Assembly: GCA_946188105.1 (NCBI GenBank)
Contig: CAMHTQ010000001.1
Span: forward strand, 85,026 to 149,025
Direction: 5' to 3'
Length of the DNA: 64,000 nucleotides
Source of the DNA: an uncultured Alphaproteobacteria bacterium
GTDB taxonomy: Bacteria > Pseudomonadota > Alphaproteobacteria > Rs-D84
Shown: piece after piece, positions 38,949 through 48,400 of the stretch
Position numbering within the stretch: position 1 is the stretch's first letter
Layout of the letters: each line of letters opens with the position of its first letter
The notes under the pieces: model-generated
Seen by the model: the letters and a program-made list of their open reading frames with translations, nothing else
What the model was told of the DNA's origin: nothing
Databases searched by the model: none
Position numbers and translations under genes: made by a program

Positions 38949-39405
38949 GGGTTAATGAATGCCACAATGCCGCACGGAATGCTCTGTATTGGCGGACATT
39001 CATTGCACAGTTGCGTGCACCGTAACTCGCACTATCCTCAGTCGAACCAAGATTGCCTGAGAAGACCCAAGCGCTTTCAGTTCCTTTTTTTAATGCAATA
39101 CGACACCATACGTTTACACCCTCTTCATACGATGGATAACCAACGGCATCTTCTTCTCTTGTTTTAGACGTTATTACATGAAACGCTGCGATGCTTGGAC
39201 ATTTTTCTTGCATCCATTTAAATACTTCTTTTATATATTCAATATGGTATATGTAGTATCCACGATATTTTATTGTTGGTTTTCCACCAACAAAAATACC
39301 GTCTTTGTTAATTGTGATATATTCTGTGTTCGGGAAATAAGGCATTTCTCCTAACCATTCATTTAAGTCCTTGGTCACCTGTTCTACATTTTCAAGTTCT
39401 GTCAT
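38899..39405 (-). CDS. Paralog-family protein B (168 aa) with conserved C-terminal tail ..TANNNAQNKR
   Basis: EYITINKDGIFVGGKPTIKYRG, FHVITSKTRE, VNVWCRIALKKG..AWVF. Ends in the shared tail encoded by the 38899-38948 repeat. Confidence 0.6.
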   Translation of the reverse strand: MTELENVEQVTKDLNEWLGEMPYFPNTEYITINKDGIFVGGKPTIKYRGYYIYHIEYIKEVFKWMQEKCPSIAAFHVITSKTREEDAVGYPSYEEGVNVWCRIALKKGTESAWVFSGNLGSTEDSASYGARNCAMNVRQYRAFRAALWHSLTLNPVVFTANNNAQNKR

Positions 39406-39418
39406 TTTATAAATCTCG

Positions 39419-39455
39419 TTATCTTTTGTTTTGTGTTTCGTTGTTTGCAGCGGTA
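39419..39455 (-). repeat. Conserved 3'-end repeat copy 2
   Basis: ttatcttttgttttgtgtttcgttgtttgcagcgg; same reading frame as the other copies (QNKR*). Confidence 0.75.
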
Positions 39456-39685
39456 TTTGCAACCTTTTTTAATGATTCAATATATGATACAATTTTTGTA
39501 GCCGCCTTTACGTCGCTGCTTGTGCAATCAGGCGTATAAATCAATGCTTGTTCTTTGGCTGAATAGCCTACTTTTTTACCATTGATAATATAGGTGTGGG
39601 CATCGTGGTAACATTTAGTCGCCCTTACACCACCACCCGGAACAGTGCATATATATGGCGCCCTGACAACTTCTTTTATATACAT
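39419..39685 (-). CDS. Hypothetical protein (88 aa) with conserved tail ..NNETQNKR
   Basis: RBS AAAGGAAACACA. Sequence MYIKEVVRAPYICTVPGGGVRATKCYHDAH...KKVANTAANNETQNKR. Confidence 0.45.
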   Translation of the reverse strand: MYIKEVVRAPYICTVPGGGVRATKCYHDAHTYIINGKKVGYSAKEQALIYTPDCTSSDVKAATKIVSYIESLKKVANTAANNETQNKR

Positions 39686-39697
39686 TGTGTTTCCTTT

Positions 39698-39725
39698 CTA
39701 TCTTTTGTTTTGTTGTGTTTCAGCA
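39698..39725 (-). repeat. Conserved 3'-end repeat copy 3
   Basis: ctatcttttgttttgttgtgtttcagc. Confidence 0.7.
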
Positions 39726-40216
39726 ATTTTCTTCACAACGATTTCATATCCGTCTACCTGCACTGGTTTGCCAACACATTTAGATAAATCCACGTCTTTT
39801 AATACCTTTATCAAATAATCTGGTGTCCCCAAAGCAGCAGAACGCATTTGTGCAGAAATACGAAAGCTATCCAGACTTTGATATGCACAACGACTTGCGC
39901 ATTTATCCATTGAATCACACTCACTAACAAACACCCATGGGGAAACACGTCCATTATTAAATTTTGCACGACACCATGCGTTGTAACCATGTTTTGTCGA
40001 CGGGTTACCAACCACGCCATATTCACCACGTGTTTCTGATGATAGGGCGTGCATTTCCATAATATTTGGATGCATTTTTTGTATCTCTTCAAAATGTTCC
40101 CATAAATGTTCAATCCACGCTATTTCTACCCCACGATATTTTATCGCCGGTTTCCCACCAACAAAAATGTCATCTTTATTAATTGTAATGTATTCTGTAT
40201 TTGGAATATCTGTCAT
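39698..40216 (-). CDS. Paralog-family protein C (172 aa) with tail ..ETQQNKR
   Basis: MTDIPNTEYITINKDDIFVGGKPAIKYRG, MHALSSETRGEYGVVGNPS, NAWCRAKFNNGRVSPWVF. Confidence 0.6.
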   Translation of the reverse strand: MTDIPNTEYITINKDDIFVGGKPAIKYRGVEIAWIEHLWEHFEEIQKMHPNIMEMHALSSETRGEYGVVGNPSTKHGYNAWCRAKFNNGRVSPWVFVSECDSMDKCASRCAYQSLDSFRISAQMRSAALGTPDYLIKVLKDVDLSKCVGKPVQVDGYEIVVKKIAETQQNKR

Positions 40217-40230
40217 TTCAGTGTCCTTTT

Positions 40231-40245
40231 TTATCTTGTGTGGCT
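40231..40245 (-). repeat. Degenerate 3'-end repeat copy (ttatcttgtgtggct)
   Basis: Shares the ttatctt.tgt core with the other copies but encodes HTR* instead of NKR*. Confidence 0.45.
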
Positions 40246-40581
40246 GTGCATACGGGACAATCTTTCAATTTCTTTCAAATCATGTGCTGTTTTCTGTAAC
40301 AAAAATTCGTTTTGCTTTTCTATATCACGAAAGGCCGCATCATTTGCAGGGACATACATCGCCGTATCCTGCGGAATAACAAGGATATTTTGCCTGACAG
40401 ATTCCACTTTTGGCTGCGCTTTATCTTTTATTTTTGGTTTATCTTGCTTGCTGTCAATACTGGCCAACCCAACAATAATTGCGACTGCACCAACAAAAGA
40501 AAGACCTTCGACAAAACAACCGCCGGCATTTCCAAAAGTACTGTGCAAAGGACTGTGCTGTTCAATACCCAATTCAGACAT
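40231..40581 (-). CDS. Small protein with Flp/type-IVb-pilin-like hydrophobic N-terminal segment (116 aa); variant tail ..MHSHTR
   Basis: ATG 40581 with strong SD AAAGGTGG. Segment ..FGNAGGCFVEGLSFVGAVAIIVGLA resembles the Flp prepilin G/xxxxEYGLI..hydrophobic region, with one residue missing. Confidence 0.4.
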   Translation of the reverse strand: MSELGIEQHSPLHSTFGNAGGCFVEGLSFVGAVAIIVGLASIDSKQDKPKIKDKAQPKVESVRQNILVIPQDTAMYVPANDAAFRDIEKQNEFLLQKTAHDLKEIERLSRMHSHTR

Positions 40582-40593
40582 TTTTACCACCTT

Positions 40594-40615
40594 TTATCTT
40601 TTGTTTTGTGCGACA
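40594..40615 (-). repeat. Conserved 3'-end repeat copy 4
   Basis: ttatcttttgttttgtgcgaca. Confidence 0.7.
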
Positions 40616-41253
40616 TTGTCCCTTAACATCGCGTTTTTAATAGAATTAAATTTGAATTTTTCTTGTGCAATATGTAAATCACGCTTTTCAACACTCGCGG
40701 CATCATTATCATCATTCAACACTTTATAATAATTATAATTGTTAAAACCTCTGAGTTTGCGCACATTGATAGTATCCCCGGCATTCAGATATTGAAAACG
40801 ATTGTCTAATGTATTTGTAAAAAATATTCTTTCCTGACCGTCTTTAACATCTTTGACAACGATTTTATTTTTCCCAGGCACCACCACAACATTTTTCTTG
40901 TATTCAACAAAATCACATCCGGCAAACAATAAACACGCAATAATTGGATATAACACATTTAATTTCAGATTTGATTTTTTTTCGGCATTATTAACCGGAA
41001 TATTTAATTTTTTACACGTAAAATTTACCATATCTTTAACTGATTTAAGATTGAATTTAACTTCTTCGAACTCATCTGTATCAAACACAATATTTAATCT
41101 TCTTTCTATGTCCATGCCGGTTTCAGCTATATCCAAAGAATCCATTCCCAAATCCTCTTCCAGCCGGCTGTTTTCTGTGGTTTCTGGAGAATCAGCCAAT
41201 TTATGCTCATTTACAATTTCAATAACTTTGTGCAAAACTTCATTTCTTGTCAT
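40594..41253 (-). CDS. Acyl-carrier-protein domain fused in frame to a lipoprotein-like module; tail ..DNVAQNKR
   Basis: Residues 1-78 contain ..NSRLEEDLGMDSLDIAETGMDIERRLNIVFDTDEFEE (ACP DSL phosphopantetheine-attachment motif). Then KKSNLKLNVLYPIIACLLFAGC (signal-peptide/lipobox-like) and ~120 more aa, with no stop between. Confidence 0.55.
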   Translation of the reverse strand: MTRNEVLHKVIEIVNEHKLADSPETTENSRLEEDLGMDSLDIAETGMDIERRLNIVFDTDEFEEVKFNLKSVKDMVNFTCKKLNIPVNNAEKKSNLKLNVLYPIIACLLFAGCDFVEYKKNVVVVPGKNKIVVKDVKDGQERIFFTNTLDNRFQYLNAGDTINVRKLRGFNNYNYYKVLNDDNDAASVEKRDLHIAQEKFKFNSIKNAMLRDNVAQNKR

Positions 41254-41265
41254 TTTATGAACCTT

Positions 41266-41315
41266 TTATCTTTTGTTTTGTGCGTTGTTGTTTGCAGCAA
41301 CCACAACAGGGTTAA
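41266..41315 (-). repeat. Conserved 3'-end repeat copy 5
   Basis: ttatcttttgttttgtgcgttgttgtttgcagcaaccacaacagggttaa. Confidence 0.8.
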
Positions 41316-41739
41316 TTGGTTTTTGTGGTGTTTTTTCTTTATCAACCGCATCAAACACCGCAGAACGGAAGTCCGCGTTGTGGCGAACGGCGTCCGCGCA
41401 GAGATCCGCACAGCGGTACGTACAATTGGCCGCCGAACTGGACGTGTAGGCGAACACCCACGCCCCAAGGCGTCCATCACTCAAAAGCACACGACACCAT
41501 ACGTTTGGGCCACTCTTACAAGATGGATTGCCAGTCACGGCATACTCACCCCTTGTTGCCGACGACAACACATGCAATTCTGCAACATTTTTATTTAATC
41601 TTTGAATACCCGAAAAATAGTCACGCACAGCAACCAAGCAATAAATATGCTTGCCACGATATGTTGTCGCAGGTTTTCCCCCAACAAAAATCCCGTCTTT
41701 GTTAATTGTAATATATTCTGTATTTGGTATATCTGTCAT
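41266..41739 (-). CDS. Paralog-family protein D (157 aa) with tail ..VAANNNAQNKR
   Basis: MTDIPNTEYITINKDGIFVGGKPATTYRG, LHVLSSATRGEYAVTGNPS, NVWCRVLLSDGRLGAWVF. ATG 41739 with AAAAGGG RBS. Confidence 0.6.
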   Translation of the reverse strand: MTDIPNTEYITINKDGIFVGGKPATTYRGKHIYCLVAVRDYFSGIQRLNKNVAELHVLSSATRGEYAVTGNPSCKSGPNVWCRVLLSDGRLGAWVFAYTSSSAANCTYRCADLCADAVRHNADFRSAVFDAVDKEKTPQKPINPVVVAANNNAQNKR

Positions 41740-41897
41740 TTTATTACCCTTTTCAATCGCTATACCCACAGTCAAAATACCAAAAAAAAACGGCAATATC
41801 AAGTTTTTTTGACAAAAAAGTATTTTGCCATCCCGCAGAACTAATCACCCACAAAATTTCAGAATTTTGCGGGGCCCGATATCGCCCCTTTGCACAT

Positions 41898-41928
41898 AAA
41901 AAAACACCCTTTCGGGTGTTTTTTATTC
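41898..41928. terminator. Bidirectional terminator
   Basis: ACACCC-TTTC-GGGTGT hairpin with A7/T6 runs. Confidence 0.65.
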
Positions 41929-42810
41929 TTTTTCCAACGATTCTGCGCGTTTCAGATTGAATTTATTTATATAACTGAACGACAAACCAAATGTCATATT
42001 CGATGCGTATGGTTTAGAATCCAAATGCTCTGCATGACGAGACAATGCACGTCTGTAATTCATATATGGACCAAATGTAAAATCACCCCACAGGTTTGTA
42101 TCCAATCTGGCATTAACACTTAAATCACGACGGAAATCTGTTGGAACATATTGAGAATAATCTAAATACTCACGATAATAACCATCACTGGTAAATTTTA
42201 CCCCTTCCCTGATATCATATTCAGCACGCCATCCGGCCTCGACTGCAAATTTACTGACAGGGTCATCAACAATAGTAAAATCATTTTCATAAACCGCAGT
42301 TACATACAATGTTTTCAACACCTTGTGATCAAATAATGCAATACCGGCGGATGGACGTGCAATTTTACGGATATGTGGATTTCCAACAAATTCCGATTCA
42401 TATTCCGCACGAACAATTGGTCCCAACTTTGCATCATCCCAATCCCACAACGCATATGCCAAATCAGACAAGAATAAAATCTTGTCCGCCTTTTCATCGG
42501 TTGTTGATGGTGCATTATACGGTTTTAATGTTGTCTTTCCATAATTCATAAACAAAGAATTATCCCAACGGAGCCTATCAAATCCATATTCCAACGCAGT
42601 ATCAAAAACACCAACAAAAGAATCTTGGTCGCTGGCGGTAAATGCCGCAACCGGAGAGTCCGCATATTCTGCCGCATGTCCGATTGACGTTTTGGTCCAA
42701 TCAATACCAATTCTGCGAATATTCAAATCAAATTTTGTTTCGTGTGGTGTTTCCAATGCTAAACCCGCAACAGGCATCAAACATGCCAAAGCAACTATAA
42801 TTTTTTTCAT
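41923..42810 (-). CDS. Secreted/outer-membrane hypothetical protein
   Basis: Signal peptide MKKIIVALACLMPVAGLA. Aromatic-rich with alternating hydrophobic residues, suggesting a beta-barrel. Start set at ATG 42810 (AGGA RBS). Confidence 0.5.
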   Translation of the reverse strand: MKKIIVALACLMPVAGLALETPHETKFDLNIRRIGIDWTKTSIGHAAEYADSPVAAFTASDQDSFVGVFDTALEYGFDRLRWDNSLFMNYGKTTLKPYNAPSTTDEKADKILFLSDLAYALWDWDDAKLGPIVRAEYESEFVGNPHIRKIARPSAGIALFDHKVLKTLYVTAVYENDFTIVDDPVSKFAVEAGWRAEYDIREGVKFTSDGYYREYLDYSQYVPTDFRRDLSVNARLDTNLWGDFTFGPYMNYRRALSRHAEHLDSKPYASNMTFGLSFSYINKFNLKRAESLEKE

Positions 42811-42876
42811 GACCAATATCCTTTCCTAATGTTCAATTAGAATTTAAAATATATGGAATTTTATTTCAACTAAAAA

Positions 42877-43506
42877 CTATTTTGAAACAATAAAACCGTT
42901 TTCACCCTGTCTGACACGCCAACCATTTGAACGCAATGCCCCAGACAATTTTGTAAAATCTTTTTCATCAAAAGCCAACGTCACATTTTTGCCGATAATT
43001 CTGGTTGTTGATAAATCGATATTCACACCATTTGCAATACTGTTTAACACAATCCAATCAGACAATGGTTGCGACAAAACAATATTCACAATAACTGAAT
43101 TCACTGGCTGAACCACAACAACATCAGATGCTGGCAACCAATTTTGAACAGAATGTTTGTCCATCCAACGTTTTGCCGCATCACCATCAATCACAAAAGA
43201 AATCTTTGCCGAATATGTTGTATCAGAAATTTTTTCTCCATCCAAACTGGACGAAGAAATAATATTCATCAATTCATCATTAGAACTGTCTTTTACCGCT
43301 TGGGATAATTGTTCGGGATTGGCATAAGAACGCAACTCGCGAAGAACAACCTCGCGTCTGGCGGAATTAAACGCAGAACTTTTTGCACTTGCCGCAGTAT
43401 CACTGGTTACATTCACAGATGTACTGCCTGTCAATTCGACCGCCACCCCAGTACCAACTGCGATTAAACAAAATACAACAGCATAAAGAAAATTAACAAT
43501 TCGCAC
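42877..43506 (-). CDS. Secreted hypothetical protein (209 aa; GTG start)
   Basis: Signal-peptide-like MRIVNFLYAVVFCLIAVGTGVA; RBS AAGGT. Confidence 0.45.
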   Translation of the reverse strand: MRIVNFLYAVVFCLIAVGTGVAVELTGSTSVNVTSDTAASAKSSAFNSARREVVLRELRSYANPEQLSQAVKDSSNDELMNIISSSSLDGEKISDTTYSAKISFVIDGDAAKRWMDKHSVQNWLPASDVVVVQPVNSVIVNIVLSQPLSDWIVLNSIANGVNIDLSTTRIIGKNVTLAFDEKDFTKLSGALRSNGWRVRQGENGFIVSK

Positions 43507-43516
43507 TTTTTAAACC

Positions 43517-45157
43517 TTAAAATTTGGCCTGGATACCGACATGAATACCCAAAGATTTATAGAAAGATTCTATTTCTTCTTTCACAGTTTGCTTCCAACC
43601 ATCTGCCTTTAACTGCTCTATGGCTGACATTACTCCTAAATTACTTTCGAATACTGCCTGATCTTCCTGCAAATCTCTGCCAGAAACCGCGGTCCAATTC
43701 CAATATTCTGTGCTACCATATTCATTTGCCAATGCAACATTCGTATTAGCCGCAGGTACATAATACAATGAATTATAGTAATCAGGACTTAAATACGATG
43801 AAGCATCTGCCTTGTTAACACTGTACATATCCAATGTTGCCCCAACTGTCAACCAAATAGAATCAGACAACGCATGCATCCATTGCGCACCCAATCCAAC
43901 GTGATATGCATCACCGATACTGGCTATATCCTCTAAACTTTTTGGATGTTGCCAATCTGGACGATATGGTTGATCTGCTGTTGCAGTATATGATGGCAAA
44001 CCAAATTCAAATCTGGCACTCACAGTATCTCTTGCAAAGATTTTGTATTCCAAATCCAATGCCAAATATGGTCCAGCCCATTCAACTTCATACGAATGAC
44101 TTACACCATCTTGATGATAAAAATATGTATTTTCTGTTTCAACATACATTGTCCCAGATGGAACAGAAATATAACTGAACGTGTCAATATAACCATCCCC
44201 GTCCAAATCAACACCATCAATTGTTCCCAACAAAGGACTGTTAGTATCATCAACAAAAACCAAGAATGGTAAACATTGTGTTTCACCATTTAAACTCTGG
44301 CAATAATTAGTCGCACCATCAGCAGAATCCAAAGACATACCATAATTATTTTTGGTTTCTAATTTATATTTGAAATAACGATAACCGACCGATGGCATAA
44401 TCTTTAAACCGCCAATATTCCATGCATCAACCAATCCGATACCAGCATAAAATCCCATTCTGCTGCCACCATTGGATGTTCCAATTGATAATGCGTGACC
44501 ATGCTGACTCCACACCTGATCAGCCATACCATCGCCATCCAAATCGACATTCCAATCTTGCAAGAAATATCCACCACCCGTAATATCATCATCAACCATA
44601 GTTGAATCCCCAGATTGAACACCGTATTCGGCACCACCTTGGACTCTTAACTTTGTTTTTCCGAATTCGAAATCATAAACCGCACCAGCATTAAACACAT
44701 TCCAACTGATGTTATCAAAATGCAGTTTCGAAGCCGCAGTTTTCATATCAAATTTCCAACCTGCAAATTCGTGAGAAAAACCAGCATTCAGCCTAAAACC
44801 ACCAGTATCCGATTCGTTTCCGACATTATAACTGGGTTGAACATTATTCACATTTTGAGTGACCGCCGGTTTAGTATTTGTGGTATTGCTGTTCACATAC
44901 GGAACATTATTTTCAGCCGGTGTATTTACCACAGGAACAGCATAATTCGGCACCTTATAAGAGTTATTATAGTTAACATTATTACCCATATTACCGTAAT
45001 TTACATTACCATAATTACTCAAAACACCACTATGTGGACCGCCATAATTACGTTGAACCGTTCCATTATAATTGAAATATGTCCCAGCCGCATCTGCGAC
45101 GAACGGCATCAATGCAAACACTGAACAATGCAGCAATCCCCATATTTTTCTAGACAT
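43517..45157 (-). CDS. Putative outer-membrane beta-barrel protein with Asn-rich N-terminal region
   Basis: Signal peptide MSRKIWGLLHCSVFALMPFVADA, an Asn/Tyr/Gly-rich low-complexity region, and C-terminal ..GIHVGIQAKF (terminal Phe, an OMP signature). Start at ATG 45157 with AGGAAGTGGAA RBS. Confidence 0.55.
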   Translation of the reverse strand: MSRKIWGLLHCSVFALMPFVADAAGTYFNYNGTVQRNYGGPHSGVLSNYGNVNYGNMGNNVNYNNSYKVPNYAVPVVNTPAENNVPYVNSNTTNTKPAVTQNVNNVQPSYNVGNESDTGGFRLNAGFSHEFAGWKFDMKTAASKLHFDNISWNVFNAGAVYDFEFGKTKLRVQGGAEYGVQSGDSTMVDDDITGGGYFLQDWNVDLDGDGMADQVWSQHGHALSIGTSNGGSRMGFYAGIGLVDAWNIGGLKIMPSVGYRYFKYKLETKNNYGMSLDSADGATNYCQSLNGETQCLPFLVFVDDTNSPLLGTIDGVDLDGDGYIDTFSYISVPSGTMYVETENTYFYHQDGVSHSYEVEWAGPYLALDLEYKIFARDTVSARFEFGLPSYTATADQPYRPDWQHPKSLEDIASIGDAYHVGLGAQWMHALSDSIWLTVGATLDMYSVNKADASSYLSPDYYNSLYYVPAANTNVALANEYGSTEYWNWTAVSGRDLQEDQAVFESNLGVMSAIEQLKADGWKQTVKEEIESFYKSLGIHVGIQAKF

Positions 45158-45254
45158 TTCCACTTCCTACTTAATATTATCGTTTTATATTATATCACAA
45201 AAAACTTGAAAAAAAAATATGTTATTGCAAGAATATGCAAAGAATTTGTTCAAA

Positions 45255-45339
45255 GCAGCCATGGCGGAATTGGTATACGCGCAGCACTAAGGATGCTGTG
45301 GAGCAATCCTTGGGGGTTCAAGTCCCCCTGGCTGCACCA
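45255..45339 (+). tRNA. tRNA-Leu, apparent anticodon AAG (85 nt, long variable arm)
   Basis: GCAGCCA acceptor, D-arm GCG-GAATTGGTATA-CGC, anticodon stem CAGCA/TGCTG with loop CTAAGGA (34-36 = AAG), variable arm TGGAGCAATCCTT, T-arm GGGGGTTCAAGTCCCCC, then TGGCTGC-A-CCA. Confidence 0.75.
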
Positions 45340-45423
45340 GAATTTTCGTATAATTATACTTATATATAAAAATATCCTTGCTCAAAATAAAAAAAATCTG
45401 GTATCATATTTATAAATAAGGAA

Positions 45424-48400
45424 ATGAAAGGTCTAAATCTCTTTTTAGCCAGTTGTTTTGTTGTGCCTGTATTGAACAGCGCAAGTGCTGATGTTACAAA
45501 AAATTCAAATCGTGTCCAATCATCCAGGGGTCAAACCACAACCCTCAGCACATCCCGCGCAACACAACAAAAACGTGCAAATACTGTTTCCAGAACCACC
45601 ACCGCACCCGCAAAAAACGTTGTTAAACGTGACAACAAAACGGCACCAGTTGAAAAGACGCGTACCACAACAACCCCTGCCCGCAAAACATCGGTGGTTG
45701 CCCGCACGACCAGTACAAAAAAACAAAACACATATTTACGCCCCAGTGCAATTTTCCAAACAACAAAAACACCATCACGTTCTTTGGGTTTGGCACGTGC
45801 GGCTACTGAAACGACAAAAACACGTGAATCTGTAATGCAACGTGATTTCAGCAAATGCAAAACTGTATTCTTTGATTGTATGGATGAATTTTGTGCAAAC
45901 AAGGATGCCCAGTTAAAACGTTGTGCATGTTCTTCACGTTCAAACGAATTCAAATCGACACAAAAATCACTTGATAATGTCGAGGATAAATTATTGGACT
46001 TCAGTCAACGTTTATTAAAGGTTAATATGGACCCTGCTGATGCTGCGGTTATAAACCAAGAAAGCGAGGGTGAAAAGGCATACAACGAAACCAAGGATAA
46101 AACCGCATCCAGAAAAACATTGGATGAAATCGCGAAAAAATTAAACACATCATTTGATTCCGCGACCAGCAATAACCTGGGTGTGTTATCTTGGTCATTG
46201 GATGCAGATTCTGCATTTGACGCGGTTGATTCATTAAACGGTGTATCAACAACCGCAAAAAGTGGCACCGAATTAAAGGCTGCGGCAACACCGGTATGTC
46301 GTGAAATGGCGGCCGAGGTTTGTTCTGACGAAGATTTATCTTTGGTTGAACAAAGTTACAGTATGAGTATCGAGCAAGATTGCAATACCGTTAAACGTGC
46401 ATACGAAACACAAACACAACAGGCGAAAAACAAAATCTTGGAAAGCAGCGCCTTGCTGGACATGACCCGTCTTAATAAATACCAAGACGATAATTCAGAC
46501 GACATTTTGACATGCAAATCCAAAATGCTAACTATGCTAGAGGATACAAACGTATGTGGCGACGGTTTAACAAAATGTTTGGATATATCCGGCCGTTATG
46601 TCAACCCCACAACTGGCGAGGTGTTTCTGTCCCCGGAACTTGTAAATTTATCTAAACTGATTACCCGTCCAACAAACAACATTGACTCGTGGGCAAAAAC
46701 ACCGACTAATGCACAATTTGTATCGTATTTGAACAGCAAGAAAAAATATCTGGAACCAGCGATGCAAAATTGTCAAACGATTGCTGACAACGTATGGAAA
46801 GAATTTTTGGATGATGCATTAGCAAAAATCAAACTTGCCCAAAATGCCAAACTAGAAGAAGTTCGTCGCAGTTGTACATCATTATTAACCGACTGTATGG
46901 ATACGGCCAAGACCAGTTTATCAGAATTTGATTCTCGTGCATTATCAACATTTGGTGTGTTAACCGACAAAACCGTCAATGCATTATGCGACAATGTCAA
47001 GACATCATGTTCTATTGTTATGGATTACAACCCTGACACCAACGAGATTGCCACCGACACCGGCACAAACGATTGGACCAGTGGCGTAACCGACATTGCG
47101 GCATATGAAACATACAACACGATTATTGAAACCTGTCGCGAGATTGGACGTGATTGCATTGTAAAATCTTGTAAATCTATAACTGGTAATTTTGGTTTGT
47201 GTGAAAGTATAAACGAATCGGTCAACCGTCACTCTATTTTGACACGCAGTTCATGTTGGCAAGACGTTTTGGATTGCGTTGCCCAGGCCAGCGATAAATC
47301 CATAGAAGACATCCGCAATATATTGCCAACCAGCAATGCCGTCCCCAGCGAATTATACAGACAAAGTTACGGTATTTCTGGGGTATATGACTTTTGTCGT
47401 GAAGAGTTAGGTATGTGCGAAAGCATATCCACAACCAATGATAATGACAGACCCAGCACAGATTGTTATCGTTGTCGTATTGCCGAACAAATTTGGGGAA
47501 ATTGTCGTTCCGTGCCAGACAACTCTACAAACAACAATAATATCATGCAGCCACAAAATCCGAACTCAACAACATTATTATGGTGGTTTGCACAAAACAC
47601 CCATACCCAGTCCGACCCAAATTCATGCAAGGTATCCGGTTGTCCTAGTGGTGAAATTGACGTTATGATTGGTGGCAGATCAACATGCGTTCCTCAAGAA
47701 GAAGTGTTAATCTGTACTGCTACACATCTTGATAATATCGTATGCAGCACAACAATCAATGTCACCGCTTCAAATACCAATTGTTGCCCATCTGGGATCA
47801 AGGACGATTGGGATAATTGTTGTATCAACGGCAATTCAACATCTGTTTCCAATCCATTGGGTTTATACTTTAAAAATGGAACATACCCAAATTTAGAGCC
47901 ATTATTAAAATCAAACAACCCAGCACTGGGAACAAACAGTGCCACAATACCAAATTTAAAAATATGCACTCCATCCCAAAACTCAAGTTTGTCATTGATT
48001 GCAAAATATAGAACACCTAATGAATTTGGTACTGATCATCATGGTTATACATATATCTTTTGTGATGGGTCATTAACGACTGGGGGTTCGGTTGGTACTG
48101 ACGCACAAATTGTATGTAATGGCAATTATATTTCATTAACATGTGCACCGACCTCAATCACAAGATGTTTTTACAGTGTATTAACCCCCGATGGCACCCC
48201 AGACAACAATGGAATATATGCAACAAATATCGATTATGACATGAATTATTTTTACAATATGACTGTTCCACAAAACAAGATTGGTAACGACCCAGATTTG
48301 AACAAATATTGTCAATCATCTTATTATTCAAATTATCATAAACTGACTGCCACTACAAATGGCACCCCCAGATTTCATTGGGAGTATTATAACGGTATCA

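Noticed and set aside
38896-41318. Regularly recurring ~20-50 bp repeat (ttatcttttgttttgtg...) that might have been a CRISPR array
   Set aside because: The 'spacers' are 270-800 bp and are complete protein-coding genes. The repeats are read in frame as protein C-termini, are variable in length and are not palindromic. No cas genes are present.
38896-41318. Integron attC sites or DGR variable repeats as explanation for the 3' repeats
   Set aside because: No integrase or reverse transcriptase is in the window. The repeats lack the attC imperfect-palindrome architecture. They are far shorter than DGR VR/TR pairs and do not show adenine-specific variation.
45128-45415. 95-aa ORF on the + strand
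   Set aside because: It fully contains tRNA-Leu (45255-45339) and has no RBS; spurious.
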